Under the pieces are notes generated by a model. It had not been told where the DNA came from, ran no database searches, and saw nothing but the letters and a program-made list of their open reading frames with translations. The position numbers and the translations under genes were made by a program. A DNA stretch of 21,675 nt, from positions 1 to 21,675 of the IMG/VR virus record IMGVR_UViG_3300045988_132541; one strand, 5' to 3'. The DNA comes from a virus. Position 1 is the stretch's first letter; every line of letters begins with the position of its first letter. Of this stretch, positions 7,792 through 16,786 are shown one piece after another.

Positions 7792-9960
7792 ATGGCTGGA
7801 TATGATATTGGACCAAAGATTTCGATTAAAGGTGAATCTGAATTTAATCAATCCATTTCTAAAATTAATCAGAATTTAAAAGAGTATGGTTCTGAATTAA
7901 AAGCTGTATCAAGTGAATTTGATGCTCAAGCTGACAGCATGGAGTCATTGACTGCGAAAAATAAGGTTCTGAAGAAACAATATGATGAGCAGTCAGATAA
8001 AATGAAGCTTTTATCGGATCAGATAAAAAAACAAACGGATTATCTTGAGGCACAGGCCAAAGAAATCCAACAATTGACGAATGAATATGGTGAGAATTCA
8101 AGCCAGGTTCAGAAAGCAGAAAAAGCTTATGCGAATACGGAATCAACGATTTCTAAATTGAAGACCGCATTTAATGAGACAACTGCTTATGCCAATAAAT
8201 TATCGTCTGAAATATCAGACAATGATTCTAAATTGGATGATTTGGCAAAAAGTGCAAGTGATGCATCGACTCAAGTCGAAAAAGTAGGAGATAGTTCAGA
8301 ACAAACTGGTGAAAAGTTAAAAAAGACTAAGACAGATGTTCAACAACTTAAAGATAGCTTTAACATGCAAGAGGCTGCTCAACAAGTATCTGATTTTGCA
8401 TCTGGAATGGTTGAAAATATCAAAGGTGCGGTCGAAGAATCAAAAGAATATTTAAAAATCATGGGTTCTTTAGAAGTTTCTTCTTCTCATTTAAATTACA
8501 CAACGGAGGAGACGAAACAAACGTATAAGCAGCTTATTGGAGTGTTAGGGGATACGCAATCTGCTGCTACAACTACTGCAAACTTACAGGCAATTGGCTT
8601 GGAGCAAAGTCAGTTAACGCAAATCACTAAGGGTGCAATTGGTGCCTGGGCCCGGTATGGTGATTCGATTCCAATTGATGGTTTGGCTGAGTCAATCAAC
8701 GAGACAATCAAGACAAGTACAGTTACCGGTAGTTTTGCGGATATGTTGAATTGGGCTGGCACATCTGAAGATGAATTCAATGAAAAATTAGAACAATGTT
8801 CAGATAATTCAGAACGTGCACAGTTAGTGTTGGATGAAATGGCCAATCAAGGTTTAATGAAATCAGCAGATGCATGGAATGAGAACAACAAGGCATTGGT
8901 TGAATCAAACAAGGCCCAAGATGATTACAATGAGGCTATGGCCGATTTTTCAAAGGCAGTAATGCCAGCGTTTACTGAATTTACAAAAGCATTGACTACA
9001 ATTATTCAGATATTTAGTGAACTTCCTGAACCAGCTCAACAAATGATTGCGGTCTTTATTGGGATTATTGCGGTTTTAACTACGATTGCTCCTTTGATAC
9101 TGGCGGTTGGCACAGCATGTGGATGGTCAGCAGGTGGAGTTGCAGCTTTAATGACCGCCGCAGCTCCTGTGATTGCGATAATTGTTGCAATTATTGCAGC
9201 CATCATGGCAATTATATTAGTTATTCAAAACTGGGATGAGGTACTTAATTTCTTGGCGGAAACTTGGGAGTCCGTTTGTAATAAGGTTTCTGAGTTGTGG
9301 GAAGGCTTTAAAAAATCATGGACGGATGGCTTCAATAATGTGAAGCAGAAAATCGATGATTTTTTTCAAAATCTTGGTGAGAATTTTGCGAATGGTTTAA
9401 ACAACTTCCAAAACTGGATTAGCAATATGTTGTCTGCAATTGTCAATTGGGCAAAAGATTTTGCTTCAAAAGGGAAGAATGCAGCAGTTAATTTGGTTAA
9501 AAATATTGCGAATGAAATAAAATCGTTACCTGGTCAATTCCTACAATGGGGATTGGACATGATGTCAAACTTCGCAAGTGGTATCTGGAAAGGATTTACT
9601 GGATGGGTAAAAGGAAAGATTAGTGGAGTCACAAACTTTATTAAGAAAAATCTACATTTCTCTGTTCCAGATGAAGGTCCTTTGGCCGATGCGGATGAGT
9701 GGATGCCTGACTTCATGGATTTATTAGCTACAGGAATTGACAGAAACAAAAGCAGAGTAGAAAGCCAAATCAAAGATTTACAGGATATCATGGATATTGG
9801 AATGGATCCTTCGTTTACTGATAATACGAATTATCGGTATGATCCAACATTTGTTGTGTATAACACTACAACATTGGATGGTCGCAACATCGCTCAATCT
9901 ATGGAGAGAGTTATTGGATCTAGAAGTGTTTCTAACGCTTATATGAGAGGTGAGGCTTAG
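7792..9960 (+). CDS. Tail tape measure protein
   Basis: 722 aa, the largest ORF in the tail module, with GAGGTGA before ATG 7792. It has an N-terminal coiled coil and a central, very hydrophobic A/I/V-rich segment (AVFIGIIAVLTT...IAAIMAIILVI). By position it is the TMP. No lysin domain was recognised. Confidence 0.88.
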   Translation: MAGYDIGPKISIKGESEFNQSISKINQNLKEYGSELKAVSSEFDAQADSMESLTAKNKVLKKQYDEQSDKMKLLSDQIKKQTDYLEAQAKEIQQLTNEYGENSSQVQKAEKAYANTESTISKLKTAFNETTAYANKLSSEISDNDSKLDDLAKSASDASTQVEKVGDSSEQTGEKLKKTKTDVQQLKDSFNMQEAAQQVSDFASGMVENIKGAVEESKEYLKIMGSLEVSSSHLNYTTEETKQTYKQLIGVLGDTQSAATTTANLQAIGLEQSQLTQITKGAIGAWARYGDSIPIDGLAESINETIKTSTVTGSFADMLNWAGTSEDEFNEKLEQCSDNSERAQLVLDEMANQGLMKSADAWNENNKALVESNKAQDDYNEAMADFSKAVMPAFTEFTKALTTIIQIFSELPEPAQQMIAVFIGIIAVLTTIAPLILAVGTACGWSAGGVAALMTAAAPVIAIIVAIIAAIMAIILVIQNWDEVLNFLAETWESVCNKVSELWEGFKKSWTDGFNNVKQKIDDFFQNLGENFANGLNNFQNWISNMLSAIVNWAKDFASKGKNAAVNLVKNIANEIKSLPGQFLQWGLDMMSNFASGIWKGFTGWVKGKISGVTNFIKKNLHFSVPDEGPLADADEWMPDFMDLLATGIDRNKSRVESQIKDLQDIMDIGMDPSFTDNTNYRYDPTFVVYNTTTLDGRNIAQSMERVIGSRSVSNAYMRGEA

Positions 9961-9961
9961 A

Positions 9962-10666
9962 ATGAGTTCATTTGATATTTATTTAGATAATGTATCTTGC
10001 GTTCGGGAAAAACTATATCCGGTCAGACGACCTGATATAGTAACTCCTAAGCGCAACTACAAAGAATATGATATTCCTGGAAGAGATGGTAAGTATTTCG
10101 AAGATCTAGGCACTTATGATGATATTACATTTGATATCAATTTTAATTTCAAAGAAAAAAGAGAATACCTGAATAAAACTTTTAGAGATTATAAAAGAAT
10201 GATTCGTAAATCTAAGACTCTTATGATGATGGATGATTCAGAAATCTTTTATAAAATCAAAAAAGTTGTATTTGGTGATATCTCAAGAGAAAGCACAAAA
10301 GAAATTAATGCTTTTGTGGCCACGTTTACCTGTGATCCATACGGATATTTATTTATTGGTCAAGATAGATATAGTTGTGAAATGGTGCAGACAAATCCTT
10401 ATGCACTATCTCATCCTACTTATATTATTAGTGGCGAAGGGCAATGCATTCTAAACGTTAATGGAAATAAAATGACAGTTAATACATCAGGAACAATTTA
10501 TATTGATACCGATAGATGCGTAGCCTATCGAGAAAATGGCGAATTGCAGAATGTCAAGGTCAGTGGGGATTTTGAATCTTTATATTTAGTTGAAGGGTCA
10601 AATTCAATTACAGTAAGTGACAATTTTAAGTGTGAAGTGATTCCAAACTGGAGGTGTGAACTATGA
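9962..10666 (+). CDS. Distal tail protein (Dit)
   Basis: About 234 aa. ATG 9962 lies 7 nt after GAGAGGTGAGG. The track GTG at 9950 lies inside the TMP end. The call rests mainly on the conserved TMP-Dit-Tal order and on size. Confidence 0.65.
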   Translation: MSSFDIYLDNVSCVREKLYPVRRPDIVTPKRNYKEYDIPGRDGKYFEDLGTYDDITFDINFNFKEKREYLNKTFRDYKRMIRKSKTLMMMDDSEIFYKIKKVVFGDISRESTKEINAFVATFTCDPYGYLFIGQDRYSCEMVQTNPYALSHPTYIISGEGQCILNVNGNKMTVNTSGTIYIDTDRCVAYRENGELQNVKVSGDFESLYLVEGSNSITVSDNFKCEVIPNWRCEL

Positions 10667-12555
10667 TCCAATTGTATAAGCCTTTTAATAAAAGCTATGA
10701 AAAGAATGGTGATTATGTTTTACATCCATCTAGCTGCGTTATGCACGTTGTTTTGAACGGGGAATGGTATGTTAAATTAGTGCATCCTATTGATGATATT
10801 TCAGAAAATATCATTGATGGCGCAGTTTTAAAAGTTCCAGCATTATTTAATAAAGACCAATTGTTTATTATTCGTCATGTAGACAAAGCGGATTATGATG
10901 TTCAAGTAACAGCGTATCCGCTTTTTTACATGGTCAAGACAACACCACCTTTGTGGGATACTCGATGCGTGAATATGAATGGCCAGGATGCGTTAAATAC
11001 AATTTTAAGCGGAACGTCTTTTAAAGGGATTTCGGATATCACAGATATTTCTACGTGTTATTTTAATAAAATAAATCGTTTGCAAGCTATCAATGGAAAC
11101 GCAGACAATACATTTATAAATCGATGGGGTGGAGAGATCGTTTATGACGATTACACAATCAAGATCAACAAAAGAATTGGTTTGGATAAAGGCGCTAGGT
11201 GTGAGTTCGGATACAATTTGAAAAGCGTTCAGGAAGTCGTAAACACAGAAAATTTAATCACAAGAATATATCCGCAAGCCTATAATGGATACGTATTGCC
11301 AAATGAGGAGTGTGTTGATTCTCCTTTTATTAATAATTATCCAGATGTATATTGGAACTTTATCCAGTTTGATGACGTAAAGCTAAAAGAAGATGCACAG
11401 GAAGATGATGCATCGAATGGAATCACAGTCTGCGACACATTGGAAGATTTATATAAAGTGTTGCGAAAAAGAGCGGCTGATTATTTCACTGAGACCAATT
11501 GTGATGTTCCTAATATCACGTATAAGGTTGATATTGTAGATTTGGCAAGACTGGATGCTTACAAAGATATTAAGAATCTTGTTTCAATTGGCTTTGGTGA
11601 TACAGTTCATATTAAACACAGAAAGTTGAATATCGAAACCAAGGCAAGATTAATTGAATGTGATTATGATTGTATCCTAAAAAAATACGATAGTATGACT
11701 TTAGGTGATTATGAAACGAAGTACTTTGAAAATGCGGATAGTGTTATCCAGGCAGCACAAAAGGTGATTGATAAAAAGACATCTAGTTTGATTGCAGAAA
11801 AGATAAAAGGAATTATTGATGCGACTCAAGCTTCGCTTTATGCTCAAAGAAACATTGCAAAGAAGATGGATTATAGAGCTATGAAGATGGAAGATTTAGA
11901 TCCAGACAGTCCAACGTATGGAGCAACATGCTATGGAACTAGCGGATTAGAGTTCTCTGATACAAGAACCGAAGATGGAACGGATTGGAAATGGGGTAAT
12001 GCATTTGGCCCAAAAGGTTTGATTGCGAATGCGATTATTACAGGCATTCTTTCCGATAAGAGTGGCAACTTCTACTTAAATATGGATACCGGTGAGTTAG
12101 TTATGAATGACGGTACATTTAAAGGAACATTGAACACAGTTAAAGATATTAATGTGGGTGCAGAAATTAATATGCAGCCACGTACTGATGGGGTTGCGCA
12201 AGGATCTGTTTGGGCAGATATAAAAGCGGTGGATGCAGACGGTAATGTTCTTCCTGAAAGAATTGCGTTCCGATCTGTAAAGTCTGACGGTAAATATTTA
12301 TCGCATAGTATTAAATTAATTTGCGGAGATGCCAGCGTATCCGTTGATAATGACGGCTCAATAACTTTACTTAGTGGCACTAATAAAGTTAAGGTGTCTA
12401 CAAATGGTGTCGATATCATTACCAAAAACAATGAGATTTCTTTAAGTGAAAATTCTAGCACGATAAAGATTGATGGTAAAACTGGATTAACAGGTACTTA
12501 TACTGTTACAAAATCAGTAACTACTAGGTCAGGAATCGTGACAGGAGTTGAGTAA
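10663..12555 (+). CDS. Tail-associated lysin/baseplate hub protein (Tal; phage minor structural protein with a prophage tail endopeptidase-like N-terminus)
   Basis: 630 aa with an ATGA overlap to Dit. The N-terminus MIQLYKPF..NGDYVLHPSSC...LNGEWYVKL resembles the N-terminal region of siphovirus Tal / minor structural proteins. Confidence 0.7.
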   Translation: MIQLYKPFNKSYEKNGDYVLHPSSCVMHVVLNGEWYVKLVHPIDDISENIIDGAVLKVPALFNKDQLFIIRHVDKADYDVQVTAYPLFYMVKTTPPLWDTRCVNMNGQDALNTILSGTSFKGISDITDISTCYFNKINRLQAINGNADNTFINRWGGEIVYDDYTIKINKRIGLDKGARCEFGYNLKSVQEVVNTENLITRIYPQAYNGYVLPNEECVDSPFINNYPDVYWNFIQFDDVKLKEDAQEDDASNGITVCDTLEDLYKVLRKRAADYFTETNCDVPNITYKVDIVDLARLDAYKDIKNLVSIGFGDTVHIKHRKLNIETKARLIECDYDCILKKYDSMTLGDYETKYFENADSVIQAAQKVIDKKTSSLIAEKIKGIIDATQASLYAQRNIAKKMDYRAMKMEDLDPDSPTYGATCYGTSGLEFSDTRTEDGTDWKWGNAFGPKGLIANAIITGILSDKSGNFYLNMDTGELVMNDGTFKGTLNTVKDINVGAEINMQPRTDGVAQGSVWADIKAVDADGNVLPERIAFRSVKSDGKYLSHSIKLICGDASVSVDNDGSITLLSGTNKVKVSTNGVDIITKNNEISLSENSSTIKIDGKTGLTGTYTVTKSVTTRSGIVTGVE

Positions 12556-12556
12556 T

Positions 12557-13036
12557 ATGGCTCAACCCTTTTCTGTATTCGTCGATACTTATAATGGCAC
12601 AAGTCACAATGTAGATGGTTCATTTGGAGCGCAATGTTGGGACGGTTACGCGTTTTACATGAAGTGGTTAGGATACTCATATGCGAATTGTACGGCCACA
12701 GGCGGTGCTCAAGATATTTGGACTCAACGCGCTTCTAATGGAATGTTGAATTCATGTAATGTCGTATCCACTCCACAAAATGGAGATATCGCAGTTTGGG
12801 GTTCCAACATGGGAGGTGGTAAAGGCCACGTAGCCATGTACTACAATGGTCAGTACTTCGGCCAAAACCAGGGTAGAAGTGGTGGTGTGAATGGTGGGCC
12901 ATTTAATTTACTGGCAATCGGAACTGCGCCATTAGGATATTTCAGACCTAAGTGTTATGCGAATGGTTCAGATGGAGAAAAAAAGCTGCAGCTAACATTG
13001 ATTAATGGAATTGTAATAGATGCAAAATATGTATAG
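12557..13036 (+). CDS. Stand-alone CHAP-domain peptidoglycan hydrolase (virion-associated by position)
   Basis: It has a catalytic-Cys motif FGAQCWDGY (Cys codon 12635-12637) and a His motif GKGHVAMYY. ATG 12557 lies 9 nt after ACAGGAG. The track TTG at 12548 is less likely. Confidence 0.8.
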   Translation: MAQPFSVFVDTYNGTSHNVDGSFGAQCWDGYAFYMKWLGYSYANCTATGGAQDIWTQRASNGMLNSCNVVSTPQNGDIAVWGSNMGGGKGHVAMYYNGQYFGQNQGRSGGVNGGPFNLLAIGTAPLGYFRPKCYANGSDGEKKLQLTLINGIVIDAKYV

Positions 13037-13051
13037 GAAGGAGTTGATTTT

Positions 13052-13906
13052 ATGGAATTATTAAGAAGTGGTTTACAACTTGTGGCAATTAAAGGTCTAG
13101 AAACATGCGAAGGGTCTGTTAATGTTCCTGTTATATTGAAAAGTGATGGAAGTAAATATGATGACTATACACCACAAATTCATATTCGATATTTAAATCA
13201 AGGAAAACTACATGAAGAAGTATTGCCATCTGACGAAGATGGTTTTTATATTCCTGGAAAACCATTCGAGGAAAACGGATTAATTGAACTAGCAGTCCAT
13301 TTGATTCGTGGTAATAAGCAGCTAGTGACAAATGAATTAGCTTTTATCGTGAAGAGAGCGCCAAACGGAACAACTGAAGTAGATCCAAGTGAATACGGTT
13401 GGCAACAATTGGTTGATGCTTATATCGAACAGAAATATGACACCATTATGCATAGATTGGATTTATTGACGATCACTAATGGCAATCAGACAAACCTGAA
13501 CGAGTTAATTGATATTCGTGTAGGTGGTAATGGTGTTACATATAGTAATGCTGGAAATGCAGTGCGTGGACAATATCTTGCTCTATTAAAAAAAGCGAAC
13601 GAATTAACCACACGCATTGATGCAATTATATCTTCAACTGAAAGCTCATTGAATGCCAATGCGGAGATAGTTGATGCAAGAATTGATTTTGAAGGAAATG
13701 CGAAGAAAACATTAGGAGCTTCAATCCGTGAAGCTGATCAGAAGATAATGGAGATGATTCTGACCAATCATTTTAAAACCGAATTATTATCAGATTCAGA
13801 AAGCGGTCTTATTGATGAGAATAAAAATGCAATATTAGCGGATTGGGCATATGTAGTTGACTCCGGAAATGTAGGCGAGGAATGGACGTACAAGGTGAAA
13901 GAATGA
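13052..13906 (+). CDS. Baseplate/tail-fibre structural protein (tentatively BppU-like N-terminus). The C-terminal 46 aa are paralogous to the 14877-15122 product
   Basis: 284-aa ORF with AGGAG upstream, in the tail-tip module. A beta-rich N-terminus is followed by helical repeats. Coding status is firm; the family assignment is tentative. Confidence 0.5.
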   Translation: MELLRSGLQLVAIKGLETCEGSVNVPVILKSDGSKYDDYTPQIHIRYLNQGKLHEEVLPSDEDGFYIPGKPFEENGLIELAVHLIRGNKQLVTNELAFIVKRAPNGTTEVDPSEYGWQQLVDAYIEQKYDTIMHRLDLLTITNGNQTNLNELIDIRVGGNGVTYSNAGNAVRGQYLALLKKANELTTRIDAIISSTESSLNANAEIVDARIDFEGNAKKTLGASIREADQKIMEMILTNHFKTELLSDSESGLIDENKNAILADWAYVVDSGNVGEEWTYKVKE

Positions 13907-14202
13907 GACAAGGAACAACACCTACAATTCAAATCACGGTCAATAATATTGATTTAGCAGATATGGAACATATCTATGTGGTATTTGAGCAAAATGGATA
14001 TTTATTGAAAAAAGGAATGATAGATTTAAAAATCGAAAACAATGTTATTTCAATTTTTTTAACGCAGGAAGAAACGCTAAGCTTTAAAAGTGGAAATTGC
14101 AATATCCAACTACGAATGATTACATATGACGGCATAGCGATGGCTTCGCCGATAAAAACAGTTAATGTGTATAGTGTGTTAAACAAGGAAGTGATCACAT
14201 GA
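13903..14202 (+). CDS. Small beta-sandwich tail/baseplate protein (BppU_N/DUF2479-like pattern, tentative)
   Basis: I prefer ATG 13903 because it forms an ATGA overlap with the upstream stop (13904-13906). The track start is 13882. The N-terminus is MRQGTTPTIQITV..., with the pattern ...ISIFLTQEETLSF..GNCNIQLRM. Confidence 0.45.
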   Translation: MRQGTTPTIQITVNNIDLADMEHIYVVFEQNGYLLKKGMIDLKIENNVISIFLTQEETLSFKSGNCNIQLRMITYDGIAMASPIKTVNVYSVLNKEVIT

Positions 14203-14492
14203 TTCTGGTAAACAGTATAGAAATCGACGTTAAAGACGAATCAGATCATATTCAGTTCGGTTTAAATGAACAATATGTAGGAACAACGGATTATGAAAAA
14301 CTTAGGAACAAGCCTAAATTAAATGGTAATGAAATCATTGGAGAAGTTGAAGAAATAGACCCAACAGTTCCAGCATGGGCGAAAACAGAGACAAGACCGG
14401 TATATACACCGGAGGATATTGGAGCTATGGCAGATGGCTCTGTAACTTCGGTATCAACAAATGAATTAGATGAAATATGGAATAGTTTATAA
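14199..14492 (+). CDS. Tail-fibre-associated protein carrying short fibre motifs
   Basis: 97 aa with an ATGA overlap to the upstream gene. The motifs DYEKLRNKPKLNG and VPAWAKTETRPVYTPEDIGA recur in Gram-positive phage tail-fibre proteins. Confidence 0.5.
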   Translation: MILVNSIEIDVKDESDHIQFGLNEQYVGTTDYEKLRNKPKLNGNEIIGEVEEIDPTVPAWAKTETRPVYTPEDIGAMADGSVTSVSTNELDEIWNSL

Positions 14493-14505
14493 GGAGGAAA
14501 AAAGA

Positions 14506-14856
14506 ATGGCTATTGAATATTTAGATAAGAGTGGATTAACTCTATTAATCAGCAAAATTAAAACTGCATTAGGTGGAAAAGTTGATGTGGAAAGCGGCAA
14601 AGGCTTATCGACAAATGACTATACAAGCGAAGAAAAAAGCAAATTAAGTGGTATCGCAAGTGGTGCTCAAGCGAATGTGATTGAGTCTGTAAAGGTTAAC
14701 GGTACAAAGGTTGAGCCAAGCTCAAAAGCTGTAGATATTTCAGTGCCAACAAAGGTATCACAATTAGCAAATGACAGCGGCTTTCAAAATGCTACACAGG
14801 TTAATTCAACGATTACAGGAAAAGGATATCAAACGCAATCAGTACATCAGATTTAA
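14506..14856 (+). CDS. Tail-fibre-like protein with GKGLSTNDYT..EEKSKL and VSQLANDSGF motifs
   Basis: ATG 14506 lies 8 nt after AAGGAGG (14491-14497). The track start 14470 overlaps the previous gene. The motifs are characteristic short repeats of phage fibre proteins. Confidence 0.55.
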   Translation: MAIEYLDKSGLTLLISKIKTALGGKVDVESGKGLSTNDYTSEEKSKLSGIASGAQANVIESVKVNGTKVEPSSKAVDISVPTKVSQLANDSGFQNATQVNSTITGKGYQTQSVHQI

Positions 14857-14876
14857 GCACAATGTGGGGTTAGCAT

Positions 14877-15122
14877 ATGGCTTTCGTATTCAAAGACAAA
14901 GCTTCTATTCAGTGGCTTGTCGATAGAATAAAGTCTGTAACCACATCACATAACGCATTGAATCAAATGGTGATGAATAATCACTTTACCACGAATTTGA
15001 ACGCAACAAGCGCTCAAGATTTAGTGGATGAAAAAGGAAATACAATCTTAGCTGATTGGTCTTACGAAGTAGCAAGTGGAGAAGTCGGCACGGATTGGAA
15101 ATATAAAATCAAGGAGGAATAA
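14877..15122 (+). CDS. Small tail-fibre adaptor-like protein, a free-standing paralogue of the C-terminus of the 13052-13906 product
   Basis: 81 aa. Residues 35-80 align without gaps to residues 239-284 of the 13052 ORF, with 26/46 identical by hand count. The shared core is ILADW.Y.V.SG.VG..W.YK.KE. Confidence 0.6.
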   Translation: MAFVFKDKASIQWLVDRIKSVTTSHNALNQMVMNNHFTTNLNATSAQDLVDEKGNTILADWSYEVASGEVGTDWKYKIKEE

Positions 15123-15123
15123 T

Positions 15124-15966
15124 ATGGGAAAACAAGTCACAGAATTAGACGTGTTACCTAGTTTTACAGATACAAGCTTACTACCTGTGCATAATGGCGC
15201 AGGATTGAAAAAAGGCTTATTATCGCAACTAGCAACTTATTTAGGAACAAAATTCAGCAATCCGAATTTATTGATTAATCCAGATTTTAAAATCAATCAA
15301 AGAGGTGCTACAAGCTACGAACAACAAGGCTATTCAGTAGATAGATGGAAGATTTGGAATGTTACAGTTACGCCAAGCGCTAACGGAGGTATCACCGTCA
15401 AGAACGATAAATACTCAGATACCGGAACATTTCTACAATACTTAGAGAATGCGACGGAAGGTGATTCTACATTATCGTGCTATGTAACATCTGTAAGCGG
15501 AACGGTAACTATGGTTGCAGATGACAACTCACAAGTAATATTGAAGCAAGGATTAAATGTTGTACATACAAGTAAGAGTACAAAAACATTTACAATCTTT
15601 TTGAATCGAGGAACTAGCGTAACTCTTAAATGGGTCAAATTGGAGCAAGGCAAAGTAGCTACGGAATTTATTGCACCAAATCCCGCAGAGGAATTAACTA
15701 AATGTTATAGATTTAAATACATTGGAAAAGCAGTATTAAGAGGGAGATGTACTGCAAACCAAATATTCGGATTTACAAAAGATTTACCAACGAAATTAAG
15801 AACTAAACCAACTACAACCTTTAAGTCGAAAAATTCATATAATGTTAACACTGTTGATGTAACTCTTGCGGAAGAAAATAATGCAGTATACCTAGCAGGA
15901 ACTGCAGAAAATACTAATCAAACAGTAATCGATGTGGTGCTAGATTTGGACGCAGAAATCTATTAG
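15124..15966 (+). CDS. Receptor-binding / tail-fibre tip protein
   Basis: ATG 15124 lies after AAGGAGGAATAAT. The track start 15076 is inside the previous gene. The N-terminus MGKQVTELDVLPSFTDTSLLPVHNG... is followed by NLLINPDFKINQRG, a pattern common at the start of fibre head domains. Confidence 0.6.
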   Translation: MGKQVTELDVLPSFTDTSLLPVHNGAGLKKGLLSQLATYLGTKFSNPNLLINPDFKINQRGATSYEQQGYSVDRWKIWNVTVTPSANGGITVKNDKYSDTGTFLQYLENATEGDSTLSCYVTSVSGTVTMVADDNSQVILKQGLNVVHTSKSTKTFTIFLNRGTSVTLKWVKLEQGKVATEFIAPNPAEELTKCYRFKYIGKAVLRGRCTANQIFGFTKDLPTKLRTKPTTTFKSKNSYNVNTVDVTLAEENNAVYLAGTAENTNQTVIDVVLDLDAEIY

Positions 15967-15975
15967 GAGGAAGCT

Positions 15976-16326
15976 ATGAACAACGAATATAAAGTATACG
16001 TATCCTTACAAGATGGATACATCACATCTATTAATTCAGAAATCTTTTTATCACAAGAAGAAATTCAAACAATGAAAGAGATTGACAAAGGACAAGGTGA
16101 CAAATACGCACATGCACAAAGTCAATATCTAGAAAAAGGATTAGTAGACGAACAAGGAAGATACAACTATAAATTTGTAGCCGGTAAAGTTGTAGAAGTC
16201 GCGGAAGGAGAAAAGCCAACAATCAAAGAACCAGAGCAACAAGCAACCGCACAGGATAAGATTGAGGCACAAGTCATGTACACGGCCATGATGACAGATA
16301 CGCTTCTAGAAGAAAACGAGGCTTAA
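15976..16326 (+). CDS. Hypothetical tail-fibre-associated protein (XkdW position)
   Basis: 116 aa with AGGAGG upstream, directly before the XkdX-like gene. The C-terminus is IEAQVMYTAMMTDTLLEE. Confidence 0.5.
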   Translation: MNNEYKVYVSLQDGYITSINSEIFLSQEEIQTMKEIDKGQGDKYAHAQSQYLEKGLVDEQGRYNYKFVAGKVVEVAEGEKPTIKEPEQQATAQDKIEAQVMYTAMMTDTLLEENEA

Positions 16327-16329
16327 TTT

Positions 16330-16455
16330 ATGTTTGAAAAAATCAAAAGATTTTATGATCTAAAACTATATACAGATAAGCAGGTAAGAAAATTCTGTGA
16401 AAAAGGAATCATTACGACTGATCAGTATAAAAAAATCACTGGTGAAAATTATTAA
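16330..16455 (+). CDS. xkdX: XkdX-family small protein (41 aa; below the ORF-track cutoff)
   Basis: My own translation is MFEKIKRFYDLKLYTDKQVRKFCEKGIITTDQYKKITGENY. It matches the XkdX pattern (..YY..g.YT...V..FV.KG.IT.E.Y..ITGE.Y) and sits in the PBSX-like position just before the lysis genes. Confidence 0.8.
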   Translation: MFEKIKRFYDLKLYTDKQVRKFCEKGIITTDQYKKITGENY

Positions 16456-16456
16456 G

Positions 16457-16481
16457 AAGGCTAGAATATCTAGCCTTTTTA
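16457..16481 (+). terminator. Rho-independent terminator/attenuator between the tail and lysis modules
   Basis: The 9-bp stem AAGGCTAGA (16457-16465) pairs with TCTAGCCTT (16469-16477) around the loop ATA, followed by TTTAT. Confidence 0.6.
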
Positions 16482-16505
16482 TATATGACATAGGAGGAAT
16501 AAAAA

Positions 16506-16772
16506 ATGGATTTTGTAGATTTAAGTAAATATTTTGTTTTGGTGGTTGTAGTAGCCTGTTTAATCGTAGGCTACATTTTGAAAACGTCATTCACAAGTTT
16601 CCCTAATAAATATATTCCATCAGTACTTGCATTCACTGGATTGGTGCTAAACCTAGCGGTTAGTGGTATGTCAATCGAAAATGCAGTTTATGGTGCGCTT
16701 ATGGGCTTAGCATCTACTGGTATGCATCAGGCATTCACACGTTTCATTGAAGGCCAAATAGAAGAAAAATAA
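16506..16772 (+). CDS. Holin
   Basis: 88 aa with AGGAGG upstream. It has 2-3 hydrophobic helices (YFVLVVVVACLIVGYIL, IPSVLAFTGLVLNLAV, AVYGALMGLASTG) and a charged C-terminus (EGQIEEK). It is the first gene of the lysis cassette. Confidence 0.8.
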   Translation: MDFVDLSKYFVLVVVVACLIVGYILKTSFTSFPNKYIPSVLAFTGLVLNLAVSGMSIENAVYGALMGLASTGMHQAFTRFIEGQIEEK

Positions 16773-16786
16773 AGTAGGTGGTTTGT

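Noticed and set aside
9040-9235. Hydrophobic A/I/V-rich stretch in the tape measure as an embedded holin or separate membrane gene
   Set aside because: It is in frame within the 722-aa TMP with no internal SD/start context. Hydrophobic central segments are common in tape measure proteins.
13766-15122. Diversity-generating retroelement (template/variable repeat pair) in the fibre genes
   Set aside because: The window has no reverse transcriptase. The two copies differ at all base types and at synonymous sites, rather than by adenine-specific substitutions, and both are complete domain ends.
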